From Hormiphora californensis (lineage: Eukaryota > Animalia > Ctenophora), in assembly GCA_020137815.1 (NCBI GenBank), contig CM035353.1, positions 2,356,001 to 2,420,000 of the forward strand: 64,000 nt of DNA. Direction: 5' to 3'. A model generated the notes under the pieces. The model was not told the DNA's origin. It did no database searches and saw only the letters and a list, made by a program, of their open reading frames with translations. This document shows, piece by piece, positions 24,223-39,691 of the stretch; within the stretch, counting starts at the first letter, position 1, and the number at the start of each line of letters is the position of its first letter. The position numbers were made by a program, and so were the translations under genes.

Positions 24223-24655
24223 GGATGAGGTTAATCCTTGGGATGTCTGCAAGGGTTCTATACCAAATATAATCCCAATATTATACGGGTATGATAATTT
24301 TTATAGTCAGTCATTCCAAGAGTCTAGAGATTGTGAGGGACTGGTCTATTGGGATTCTCTGGAAGAATATTTTAGAACTGATCAGACTAGATGTTGATTG
24401 CGCTTATTGCCCCCCCCCCCCTCTCTCTGTCTCCCTCTTCCCACCCGTCTGAATCACTCTCCCACGCGCCAATCCGCCAAACTTTGTTCGGTTTTGATCA
24501 AGGGTGGTATAAAAACCAACCAACCAAGGGTGGAAATATTACTGGTGAGACAGCTCAGTGGATTTTTTGGGCTTCATCTAATACCACATGTGTTCAAGCT
24601 TCTACTGAATCTAGGGTAACACATTTTCAAACCTCCCTCTCTCAGTCCGACTCTC

Positions 24656-24686
<31 letters not shown>

Positions 24687-24848
24687 TCAGTCTCTCAGCT
24701 TCTCAGCTTCTCACTAAGCCACGGGGAGCTAAATTTGGATCACACCGCCGCACAGAGTTGACAGATGTGCATTGAGCTTATTGGGCTCTAATTGGTGATT
24801 AAGAAGGCAGTGCGGCACTGGCTAAAGATGCTGCACGGCGGGAAGCCA

Positions 24849-24884
<36 letters not shown>

Positions 24885-24918
24885 ACGAGAGAGAGAGAAG
24901 AGACGAGAGAGATGAGAC

Positions 24919-24953
<35 letters not shown>

Positions 24954-24964
24954 AGGAGAGAAAG

Positions 24965-25005
<41 letters not shown>

Positions 25006-26611
25006 GGGCACTACCCTGCATGAGGTACGTTGACGACGCGTGTGCTGGTAAACACGCCTATACGTCATCACGATATTTGCTTGTTACCATGGTAACACAC
25101 GTGGTTGTGGGATGCACTGCTTATTACCATAGCAACGGTTTTTGTTTGAAGCTAGCCATTTTAAACACACACCCATGATATCTTGTAGCATGCACTAAAG
25201 TGATGCAGCTATAATATAGTGAAGGACTGGACGTGAGATATAATACATGATCCAGCATATCACCTGTTTTGAGCTATACCTCGCCAACAGTTTATGCTTA
25301 GTACCATTGGGTTATAATAGCATGTACAATGAACTAAAAGACTATATCTCGGTTCTAGCCACGGAAAATGATTCCGCAGTTCATCTCAAACGATTGGAGA
25401 TACTAATAATTGCAATTAGTCTGAGAGTTATATTGGAACTCGCAATAACAAGTCTGTAGTAAGTTTGTGATATAGTAGGAGCAGTTAACCACTAAGCCAA
25501 CTAGACTTCCCGACAATCAACCGACACGGACTGATTTCCATGGCTACGATGAAAGTCTTGTTCGGGGGGGGGGGGGGGGGGGGGATTCGGTCTTTTCGGG
25601 TTGGCAGTATGGTGCTGACCCTGGGTATTAACCCGGACAACATGATATAGCCCTTATATTATACACAACCCATAATGGCATGAATGATCTCGATATCATC
25701 TTCAGATTTGGTGATCTGGTCACGCTGGACCATAAAGTAGCTGTAGGTGGGAGCCACAAACAACAACAACCCATATAATTGGCCAGGGGTCCCAGCTCCC
25801 CCGGTCCCCTAAATTTCAAAAAATAGTTCGCTCTTGGTAGGGGACTTCGATATATATGTTAAATCATTTCGTTCCCTACCAAGAGCATTGGAAGTTATCA
25901 AATTTGACTTATCTTAACGAAAAATCCGTGACGGTTAACCTTTCGGTTTTCCAAGATAGATAATCTTAACTGTTTTTGAACTGAATTATTCTTCAAATAC
26001 TTTGTGATGTCAATCTTATCCCTTTGCACTTTATATCGCAATTTCTTCTATTATACATCTTCTTCTATCTTTCTCTCACCCTCTCTCTCTACTCTCTCTC
26101 TCTCTCTCTCGTCTTCTCTTCGTCTTCTTCTCTGACCTCCTTTCCTATGTTATCCCGATGAGGAGGAAGGTTTCCAACTTGCACTTCTAAAAATGATTTT
26201 TGGTCCCCTTAGTCTAACAAGGCTCCAAAGCCTATGTTGGGAATGAAAAAAGGGGAGCGGGTATTGGAGCTTGTGGGACTTTTCTCAAAGAAATGGTAAG
26301 TAATTTGATGAGGTTTCATCACGTGAAGAGGCCCTTTTTTTAGGGCCCTTTTACGGGGGATCCGGCAATAATTTTGGAAGGTTTCCCCAATGCGTTTCGG
26401 GTCCTGTCACGTTTGGAAGGGAGGAAAATGAAGTTTTAGGTAAGGGATTGAAGGGGGGGGAAGGGGAAAAAAGGGAGAGGGAGGGGGGAAACTGCTCTCT
26501 CTCTCTCTCTCTCCTCGCGTCTCAACCTCTCTCTCGCTCTCTTTCTCTCTCTCTCTCTCTTCCTCTCTTTCTCTCTTCTTCTTCTTTTTCTCTCTCTTCA
26601 TTCTCTACCTC

Positions 26612-26715
<104 letters not shown>

Positions 26716-26716
26716 G

Positions 26717-26748
<32 letters not shown>

Positions 26749-27011
26749 TCTTCTCTCTCTCTCTTCTCTCTATCTCTTCTCTCTCTCTCTCTCTTTCTCT
26801 CTAATGGCCACACCCTCCCAACTATGTGAATGCTTTCTAGCTACTAAAACAGCCTAAAATTTTTTAATGGGCTATTGACAATCCACCATTATAAAGAACC
26901 CTGCCGTTCTCTCTGTCTCTGTCGTCTTCTCTCTCTCCATTTCTCCCCTCTATCTCTCTCTCTCTTCTCTCTCTCTCTTCTCTTCTTCTCTACTCTCTCT
27001 CTCTCTTCTCT

Positions 27012-27058
<47 letters not shown>

Positions 27059-27206
27059 TCTTCTAAGGGCACACCCTCATCCACCTTGTGAATGCTTCTA
27101 GTACTAAAAACAGCACTAAATTTTTTAATGGCTATTGACAATCACCATTATAAAGAACCCTGCCGTTCTCTCTGTCTCTGTCTGTCTCTCTCTCTCTCCA
27201 TCTCCC

Positions 27207-27246
<40 letters not shown>

Positions 27247-28170
27247 GATAAAAATTCGGTAATAAACCGTCCCGCTATCCCGCGTTAGTGAATAGCGGAC
27301 TACAAGTGGCCGTATGGTTGGACCAGCGGACCACACTGAATTGTTCAAAGTTTCGCGGAAACTGTACCAACAATGAAAAATGAACTTTGAGTTTTGACCT
27401 TGATTTTTCTTGTCACTGTCAGCAAAGATCTTTGTTTATCCAATGTTCAACCAAAATTTTAAAAAGATTGAACTAAAGATCATAGCCGTGATACAGCTGA
27501 TTTTAAGTTGCAGGAAGAGCAAAAATTATGCATGTGTATTTTCTCAACTGCCATGTGACCTGGTGCTTAAATTTCGTTTTTAATTTTTATGGTGCTCATT
27601 GGAAAGATAAATTCAACCCAAAGAAAAATAGGATAAGGATGGAAAATTAGGATGCTCATACCATAAATGAACGAAAATGAATGGAGGAATGAACAATAAA
27701 TTTTCGATAAAAATTATGGAAAAAGTTTTAGTTATCCAAGAATTGATCTAGAGTGCTCCCATAATTTTTATCCTCACAACTATCACCGTTTTGACGCCAA
27801 ACCTCGCTAACCGTTACTAACAATCCGTGGGCCTTTTCCAATGCATTAGTATTTAGTACGTGGTTAGCTAGCTACAGCTATAGCTGTTGGTGTTGGTGCA
27901 GTCTATATAGGGAGGAGAGTGTTTGAGTGCGTGGGTAGATAACAACACCATTAGCTTTGGCACACCCAAGTGAGAAACATAGAGGAGAGAATAGAGAGAA
28001 ATATTTGGAGGTAAGGATCAGCTAGAGACAGAGAGATCCGGAGAGAAAAAGGGAGAGCTATATTGACTTGAATCTAGTTCAATATAGGCGTGCAGTTAAA
28101 AAACTATCAATTTTTTGACATCGCAAGTTGTGTTTGACTAGTTCAGTGAATTGATCTGCACGAACACATA

Positions 28171-31100
28171 ATGGAGACTTTCAAGTGCCTCCTTATTGCG
28201 TTGATCATCGCTGGTCCTATGGTAGAAGGTAAGTCAGGATTCCATGTATTACATGATGTAATGATGTATACTCATTTTATAAGATGGCGTCGTTGCCATA
28301 AGTGAGCGATCATTGCATTGTTCATACAAGGTGCAACAGCACAAAGCGATCATGGCAATAAACGTGCTTATAATTGTTCTATCTGCCTGTCGTATATCTT
28401 ATTTAAATAATATCTTATTAATAATAAGTATAAATAATTCTTAGTGAAGGCAGTAGGGGTCCGGACTTTGGAATAGCACCCTTCAGCAGTTATACTGCCG
28501 TGTAGAGATTTTTGAGCTGAAAAAGAATATATCATTCTTTTTTCTCTACGATACTGTTTTCTATTCATTATGGGCTCATAAATGAATGGGGTCTTCTCAA
28601 ATGCTGACAATTCCCTCAAGCGCGTTTTAATGCTCTCTCCCCGGCTTAGGGGTCACGTGATACGGTCGCTGAGTGCGTGTGGCTTCTAATTAGCCCCTGC
28701 TTACACACGGTTTGTCACTCGATATACATGCTGCACCCCCCTCACTTTATATCATCTCCCACATTTAAAATCAATGTGGATTCAGACTGGGACCCAAATA
28801 AGAATATGAATATGATTATACTGTTTTAGTTCCTGTTATAGGGATCTGAACAGTGCAGTAATTAATGCACATCGCAAATGGAACATTTTCAGATCTTTTT
28901 AGTACCCCTCCCACATTCTCCCCTCTATAAGTTAGATTTATCAGAACACATGCATTCATTCTTCATTTAACTACTGCAACTTGGTAGCTTCATGTAGTTA
29001 TTCTGTGCCCCGCTCGAATGAATAAAAACCAATGAAGATTAATCAGTTGTGTATTCAAGAACAAGATTCGTTACTACTAAAACAATTCCAATTAGAGAAA
29101 GATCCAGTTTCCGGATTCCGGTCAGTTAACATCTCAATCAGAGTTTGACATGCAACACCAGCTAAAAATCCAGTTTGAGGCTGAGCTCAAATGCAGAGTT
29201 CCGGAACCATACCCCAGCTTCCAAAATACCCCAGCTTCCGAACCAATCAGTCTGAATCACACGTAGTTCCAAGCTATATTAATATAGAACATGATGCAGA
29301 AGTTCTATCTATTCCATATTTGTTCACATGTCGTTCGGAGATGCACTTAATAACGAAATCGGCTGCCAGAAGATTTCGGATTTTTCGAACTATGTCACGA
29401 AGAGAGAAGTCCTTGCCCATTTCAGAGCAGTGTGTGCTGAGGATCTCGTTGGTGTAGCCAAATCAGTAAAAACGAACCAGGCAATTTCCCTTACTGCTGA
29501 TACCGTGCTCCTTGTACTTGTTAACATGGGACACACCGCTGTTTTGAAAAGATCAGTTGTTGCGTAAGTTTCGTTTTGACTATCTCTTTGCAGTTGCTAT
29601 TATGTATTGGATGGCAACTAAAAATTGTCCCTTCAAATTAGTTAAAAATTCATTTTGAAAAGCTGTGCTTCAAAAGCTAAAGGGAAGACTCCTCAACCGT
29701 TTGAAATTAGGGACAATTTTTAATGCCAACCGTTAATCGTTATATTGTATCATTGTTTATGCTGAGTTTCCTGAAAAACTGGGAAAAGAGGTGATCGGGG
29801 ACCTACATGGTGCTAGGTGGATAAACCTGGGGGCAAGAGTCATCCGTCTTTACATCACTCTTCGCCCAACAGACTCCATCTACCCAACAGTGAGACGGTT
29901 GGCAGACTTTATCGTAGGATTATATTTCAAGGTAAAACAAAAAACAATTTATATCACAGTATTACTATGAATTTCTTTGAGTATATCTTTGGGATGTATT
30001 ATTTTATCACTCTGAATTACCACCTTTTTCACACAGGTTTATTCTGATATCAAGTTGAACTGGCGCATAGAGCATGGAGCAGGCCATATCCTCAACGAGA
30101 TCATTCTGGTGCGGCAGCACCTTGCCAAGGAGGATGCTGATGTGATCACTAAGAGTATCGGCATCAACTCTTACATGGGTCATCCGACCAATGTGCTGAT
30201 TGCCATGATGGGTAAGTGCCACTTACTAAGTGGTGTCAAAATATTGATTAATCCCTCAAAAATATCACAAAATGTTTACTATTATGTTATTAGTGTACTA
30301 CCGTGTGCGGCAAAAAAAAGGCCCCCCCTAGACCACCATAGTTGCCGATGTGGTGGAGAGCTGTAACTTGGCAGGGTTGCTCCACTATGTCTATCTTGAT
30401 CCTGACAGAAAAATCAGAGCTCTAGCTCAAAATTCATTTTCATGAACGGAATGAACTTCTCCGTTCCTTCGATATGAGACCCCCTCATCATTCAGAATTT
30501 TTTGCCCGTCTTTGGCTAACGATTATCTTTGTAATGAGACCAATTTGAGCATAATCTGATTACCAGGAGAGACACAGTGGAGGGTTTTCCGACCGTCACT
30601 CCTGACATGTGATCCAGGCCCGGTCACGTGGTGAAAAGTGGGTTTGGGGTGCTGTTAACATGTCTCAATAACGGATTATTGCTCTCATATCCCTTGAATA
30701 TCCCTCCACAATGCTCTCAAGTCACTTTGTGATGCTGATTGATTGGGTTCATGTCACCAGTTCTTGTCAAAGTTCTCAAGCGGCCCGTGATACGAGATCA
30801 TTTCATCAAGGAGGGGCCATCTTGTGTCACTAATCAGCCTATCATCTCACATTACACTAGCCAAGGGATCTGGGGTATTTAAATCTTCAAATGTTCATCA
30901 AAATCATTCCCAATCGTTACTTGCAATGCATTTTACACCCGAACAGAGGAACTTCATCTGGCTCAAGAAGGAAACCAACACCCTCTACCCCACCATCGAA
31001 CAGGAGTTCTTTATCAAGTTTGGCCGCCTTCTTGAGCCAGATGAAGTTCCTCTGTTCGGGTGTAAAATGCATTGCAAGTAACGATTGGGAATGATTTTGA

Positions 31101-34100
31101 TGAACATTTGAAGATTTAAATACCCCAGATCCCTTGGCTAGTGTAATGTGAGATGATAGGCTGATTAGTGACACAAGATGGCCCCTCCTTGATGAAATGA
31201 TCTCGTATCACGGGCCGCTTGAGAACTTTGACAAGAACTGGTGACATGAACCCAATCAATCAGCATCACAAAGTGACTTGAGAGCATTGTGGAGGGATAT
31301 TCAAGGGATATGAGAGCAATAATCCGTTATTGAGACATGTTAACAGCACCCCAAACCCACTTTTCACCACGTGACCGGGCCTGGATCACATGTCAGGAGT
31401 GACGGTCGGAAAACCCTCCACTGTGTCTCTCCTGGTAATCAGATTATGCTCAAATTGGTCTCATTACAAAGATAATCGTTAGCCAAAGACGGGCAAAAAA
31501 TTCTGAATGATGAGGGGGTCTCATATCGAAGGAACGGAGAAGTTCATTCCGTTCATGAAAATGAATTTTGAGCTAGAGCTCTGATTTTTCTGTCAGGATC
31601 AAGATAGACATAGTGGAGCAACCCTGCCAAGTTACAGCTCTCCACCACATCGGCAACTATGGTGGTCTAGGGGGGGCCTTTTTTTTGCCGCACACGGTAT
31701 GTTCTAAAACTGATATACTATGCCTTCCCAGGCCAAGATGAGTTTAGTGTCAGAAAAGAAGCTGTGGATATTATTTCTGACATCAGGAAGTATCGACAAC
31801 AGGGCGTTCAACAAACCTCTGTTGAACTTTAAGGCAACAAAACTGTCTGAGCTGTGTCATATGAAGAAAGTAAGTTACTACTCTACAATGTTTAAATCAG
31901 TTTTTTGTTACCCTATTGCCCTAGTGACTAAAAAGGATATCAATTTATAGGACAGGATAGAGTTCAAAGGGAGATGGACGTTCCTTGGACACACGGGCAA
32001 GGTTCACCTAATACAGGAGCCGCCAATGGTGAGAGGCAAGGATCTCCTACAATATCTACGTTCACCATTGCGTTCAGAAGTTCCCTGCCACACTCAGGTA
32101 CTACTTTGATTTGACTTTTCATTATATTTAGTCAGTTCTAAATTCCGATTCCTCCAAATTTAATTCATTATGTTATGACTAAATTACATCCCCTATTCTT
32201 CCTCTCAGGCAGTGGAACGAAACGTGGCCCTGACTTCCCAATGTGTCAAATCTGTATCGTCAAAGAAGGGCCAAATAGGGCAAGTTCTGGCCGTAGTAAG
32301 TAACAGGAAGGCCTATCCTGGGAAAGTTAGGGTATATAAGAGGCAAAAACACATGATGGATGATTTGTAGGGTGAAGTTTTTTGAACTGGTACTAGTAGT
32401 AAGATTATAATATATGTAATGCTTGTATTATATTAGTGGATCTGATAAGAGCTGATATTCATCCATGTTGATTCTAATTTTAATTTAACTCCTATGGAGC
32501 ACTATAATATATAAATCGTTTGAAGTATTTTAATATTGTGTAAAAATCATTGATTCATTAGGAATAGGAACTAAAACAGTATAACCATATTCATATTTTT
32601 ATTCGGGTCCCATTCTGAATCCACATTGATTTTAAATGTGAGAGATATATAGTGAGGGGGTGCAGCATGTATATCGAGTGACAAACCGTGTGTAAGCAGG
32701 GGCTAATTAGAAGCCACACGCACTCAGCGACCGTATCACGTGACCCCTAAGCCGGGGAGAGAGCAGTAAAACGCGCTTGAGGGAATTGTCAGCATTTGAG
32801 AAGACCCCATTCATTTATGAGCCCATAATGAATAGAAAACAGTATCGTAGAGAAAAAAGAATGATATATTCTTTTTCAGCTCAAAAATCTCTACACGGCA
32901 GTATAACTGCTGAAGGGTGCTATTCCAAAGTCCGGACCCCTATGAAGGCAGCAGCTACTTTATATGAGTTATTCTAGTTACATATTATGATTCCCGCAGC
33001 GTGGACTCCTGTTCAGCGTGATCATATCTTCCCATTTGAGCTGGAGAGTACCCCTATTCAAATCAAAACGAACTCTGCTCATGGAAGTGGGAAACACATT
33101 TGGATGGGGGCGATATCTGTTGATAAGTATATTGGAGCGTTAGTAGTTAAGTTCTCTACTCCACGTATGAAATACTACATTTCTGGCTGTAACTCTTACA
33201 CCCACTTTCCTGATGCTGCACTGCAACCACCAGAGGAGGTGGAAAAGACTTGGACCATTCGGAAGACAAGCACCAGTGTCAGTATAGAATGTAACGGAGT
33301 GCATGTTCTATACTACCGATTCAGTGAGAGTACTAAAAGTACTTGTACGCCAAGCTGGGGAGGAGATGTAGTGAAGATAAATTTTTTAGCCCGCGGCTAT
33401 GACACCGCGTCAGTTAGCTATCGAGCAAAGCCAGGTAAATAACTATAAGTAGTTTTTTAATAACTATAAGTAGTTTCGGGTTTTTTTAGTGGCGTTTTGT
33501 CCTTCATGACACTGCATGATATGTCACAAACTCGTGTATCTGGATAATCTAGCAGGTCACCCGCCTAAAACCCATGAATTGTTATATATAAGCCGGGCCC
33601 GCTTTTTTTGGAGAAGTTTAGGGGAAAGGGATGGGGTCACCTTTGCTCTAGTCCAAATTCATTACTCATTTTAATCTATATATAGATGATAAAAAAGACA
33701 AGGTAGAAATGAGAGCAGCCGAGATAACTAATTTTATAATTCCTTCAGCGTGGAATCCTGTTCAGCGTGATCTTATCATCCCATTTGATCTGGAGAGAAA
33801 CCCCCTTCAAATCAAAACGAACTCCTCAAGTGGGGACGAGATTCGCGTGACTATGAAAACTGCGGGTGGAGAGAACATTGGATTGGTGGCGGTTCGGTTT
33901 GGCGCTCCTGCATCGATGGAATTCAAAATAACAAAATGTACTTATAATGACAATTTTGTTGTTGTCGCGACGCAACCCCTAGAGGAGGTGGACAAGGTCT
34001 GGACATTTCGAAAGACAAACACCAGTCTCAGTATAGAGTGCAACGAGGTGGATATTTGGAAATTCTCGTTTGCCAAAAAAGCTCAATGTTTATCATTGTG

Positions 34101-35622
34101 GGGTGGAGATGTAGTGGAGAAGATAGCGTTTGTCAGTGGCCATGACAGTGCCTCTATAAGCTACCGAGAAAAGACAGGTACATATTAGGGAGAAAGTAAA
34201 TACATACAACTAATATTAGGGTGATTCATAATGATTGATCCTTGGTTATTTCACTAAGAAATACTTGTCAGAATGAGATGCGGGTTGTTTTATCGGATCA
34301 AGGAGACGAAATATAGCTGATTAGCACACTAATTATCTGATTTTACGGTCAAAAGCATTTTTGTGCCGATATTTGCAAAATTTGGTCTGATTAGCGCCTC
34401 ACGTCCCGTTTTTGGGCTCCTAAAGTTAGCAAATCATTTCAAATTGTCTGGAAACTTCACTAAACGATAGCGTCAATGCCATTTAAACAAGAAACAAGTT
34501 TTTTGTTACCAGTTGGAGGCTAATTTTTTTGTAGAGTGCCAAAATACTCGTAAAAATACTGTCTGGCGCCGCGACCCATCTGAGCACACTATCAAATTGG
34601 GGTCTGGCGCCGCCAGACAGTAAAAATAAGAAATTTTTGATCTGAAAAAACAGCCATTTTGGAGATCAGTTTTATAAAACCATACCTATCAAAGATAACG
34701 AATGATAACATCAATATTATTATTGATACACCTTAGCAATGGTTCGATCTAAGTTTTCTAGTGCTTGAAATGTTAATTTATGAATATTTGGTCTGGCAAG
34801 CGCTGCTGGTAGTCAAAAGATGAAAAAATAACGCCATTTCTTAAAACCCTTGCCAGAGCCGAGTTTTGAATTTTTGTTGTTCGATTTTGGGCTCATTTTA
34901 AAGCTAAAACTATGGTCTAAGATATTGATGCGGTCACATATCAATATACACTAAGATTTTAACGCCAGAACTTGAAATGTGGCACCCCATTTTCTGACAT
35001 GAGACCGTACCTTCGACAACACTTTAATATTTCTGGTTTCAAGATGGCGATATATCTTCAACTGGAATATAGAAACTGTTTTCCAATCGCAAAATGTCCA
35101 TACTAAACGATAAAGCATGTATTATTTGGTTCTGACTCGAGATTTGGGAGTCATTAGCCAAGGATCAATCATTATGAATCACCCTAATATTACTTATTAG
35201 TTCACTAATTACTCAAAATGGACGGCGTCCGAGCTATTATATTTATAGCATGTCTATCAATTTAAACAAGTTAGTTCAGTTTACAATTGTTTCAATACAA
35301 TTCATTTGTATTGAAACAATTGTAAACTGAACTAACTTGTTTAAATTGTAATAGCTCCTCACAACCGTGAGTAGAGCACTGTTCGAGACAAGGACCGTCA
35401 ATACTAGCATGTCTATCTAACAATTCCTTATCATTCCATCAGTTTGTTATGGGTATCCAGTGGTAGGATCAGTACAGGGAACTCTAAATGAAACAGAACC
35501 AGAACAAACAGTCAACATCACCTGTATCACTCATCACCTTCTAGAGGGTACCTCACAGATGACGTGTGATAAATACGGAATGTGGACTACTGATCTTCCC
35601 ATATGCAGAATAGCATACAGTA
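28171..35622 (+). CDS. Secreted/surface protein: signal peptide + two ~143-aa 'W..VQR...DLE..PLQIKTNS' domains + sushi/CCP domain (3' end unresolved)
   Basis: Phase-1 exons 28171-28228 (METFKCLLIALIIAGPMVE), 33000-33434, 33749-34177, 35443-35622 (C..TVNITC..LEG..MTC..G.W...P.C). The two domains are clearly paralogous. Confidence 0.75.
28454..32942 (+). mobile_element. 4.5-kb DNA transposon, ~380-bp TIRs, 9-bp TSD, degenerate spliced transposase (hAT-related, hATm-like)
   Basis: Termini TAGGGGTCCGG/CCGGACCCCTA; TSD TGAAGGCAG at 28445-28453 and 32943-32951. Exon fragments 29.2-32.4 kb include EPP...PCHTQ|AVERNVALTSQ...R..YP. Confidence 0.8.
30301..31697. mobile_element. 1.4-kb palindromic foldback element, TA TSD, Tc1/mariner-like
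   Basis: TA|CCGTGTGCGGCAAAA ... TTTTGCCGCACACGG|TA; ~670-bp arms around a ~55-bp loop (30972-31026). Confidence 0.9.
34217..35186. mobile_element. Non-autonomous TIR element (TAGGGTGATTCATAATGATTGATCCTTGG)
   Basis: ~30-bp perfect inverted termini; lies in an intron of the secreted gene. Confidence 0.7.
34559..34620. mobile_element. 62-bp micro-MITE (CTGTCTGGCG...CGCCAGACAG) with 8-bp TSD
   Basis: TSD TAAAAATA on both sides. Copy 39137-39201 (GGTAAATC/GGTAAATT); diverged copy 21375-21437; partial copy 19859-19893. Confidence 0.8.
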
Positions 35623-35629
35623 GTGAGTG

Positions 35630-38060
<2,431 letters not shown>

Positions 38061-38360
38061 GGAAATTCATCCTCCCGGTAAATCGAGGGGTCCCACTGTA
38101 TTACCGGTTACAAGTCATTTTTTAGGAAACTGAGACATAACAAAGGTTTTCAACTTGCATTGTACAGGGTGTCCCACTTTCTTTGCGTGACCTGTGATTT
38201 TGGGTCATGAACGGGCTCCATTAATTTAATGATTAAATTAATCAAATCTCATCAAAAATAGGTCAAAATGGTTCTAACAAAAACCAGTGTTCTAGAGAAT
38301 TGTCTGCCGAACATCCTGGTTACAAGATTAACGCTCCAAGTCTTACCAATATCGTCTTAA

Positions 38361-38831
38361 AGTGAGAGTGGACCGAATCAGAATTTGAAAATTTTGTAGT
38401 AGGTAGTAGAGATTAGCTTTCTGAGCATTTTGCGTTTTTGCCGCTCAAAATCGACCCACCCATCACTGAGATATTTTTGTTATGTTGGGAGAATTCCTGC
38501 TGGATCAGTATTTATCAAACAGGATAGAAACAATCCTTGTGTTTTACTAACACATTCTTTAAATTTTTGATATGCTGGCTTGCATTGCCCCATGCTTCTG
38601 TGCATAGTCATGTCAACCTCACTGCTTATATTCAGAATGTGTTAGTAAAACGCCATGAATGTTTCTATTCTGTTTTATACATACTGATTAAACAGGAGTT
38701 CTCCCAACATAACAAAAATATCTCAGTGATGGGTGGGTCGATTTTGAGCGGCAAAAATGCAAAATGCTCAGAAAGCTAATCTCTACTACCTACAACAAAC
38801 TTGTCCAATTCTGATTCGGTCCACTCTCACT
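38361..38831. mobile_element. Palindromic non-autonomous element with TTAA TSD (Kolobok-like)
   Basis: TTAA|AGTGAGAGTGGACCG ... CGGTCCACTCTCACT|TTAA; ~200-bp inverted arms. Confidence 0.75.
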
Positions 38832-39691
38832 TTAAAGTCGAAAATACGTGTTCATGAAATCCGACCGGGGTTCACGTTGGGGTGCCAAAAACACCAAAAA
38901 AATTTGCCACTCCAACCGAAGTGAAGAAAGTGCCCAAAATGACCACGCCCTTTTACCTGTATTTTCAGCTTTGACCAAAAATAGCAACTTTGCTTTGGAT
39001 TGGAGTACAGTCGGACCCCGATTTACCGGGATGATAAACTTCCCCTGATATAGAAAATTGACGTTATTTTACCCCGATATACCGGGCACCCCGATTTGCT
39101 GGGCAAAACCCTTTCCCCCGAGGATCCCGGTAAATCCTGTCTGGCGCCGCGACCCATCTGAGCGCACTGAGAATCAAATGGGGTATGGCGCCGCCATACA
39201 GGGTAAATTGGGGTCCGACTGTACCAACAATGAAAAATGAACTTTGAGTTTTGACCGGTAGGCGGACTCTAGTGCCAACGGACTCTATATCTAAACCCAA
39301 GGAGGACTCTATATCTAAAAGCGGACTCTTTATCTGCAGTTAGACTTTGAAAAAAAATTAGATAAAGATTCCGGCGCGACGCCAGACAATTCATTCTGAA
39401 GAATGGTCGGAAATGAATAAAAAAGTCTAAAGGGTTCCGACCTTTCTTAAAAATTATTTTGCTCATGGTGGGTTCCAGAGACTTGAGAGAGGGTCCGGGG
39501 TGGAGCAATGCAAATGTTGGGACATCAAAGCTTCAAAGCAGAGTTTGAGTTTCCCGCAAAAAGTAGGCATGCCATGGCACATGCTATTGTGCGCGCACCA
39601 TGCGCGACAAATTTTGACGAGATTTCCATTCAGGTCAAAGGTCGGCGCGTTACGTCAGGTTGTAGTCGAGTTTATGTGACCGCCAAAGTGT

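Noticed and set aside
26800-27245. Tandem duplication around CT tracts
   Set aside because: Copies differ by small indels inside microsatellite; may be an assembly artefact.
35258-35348. ~91-bp AT-rich hairpin as a possible miRNA or terminator
   Set aside because: More simply a small palindromic insertion; no supporting evidence for an RNA gene.
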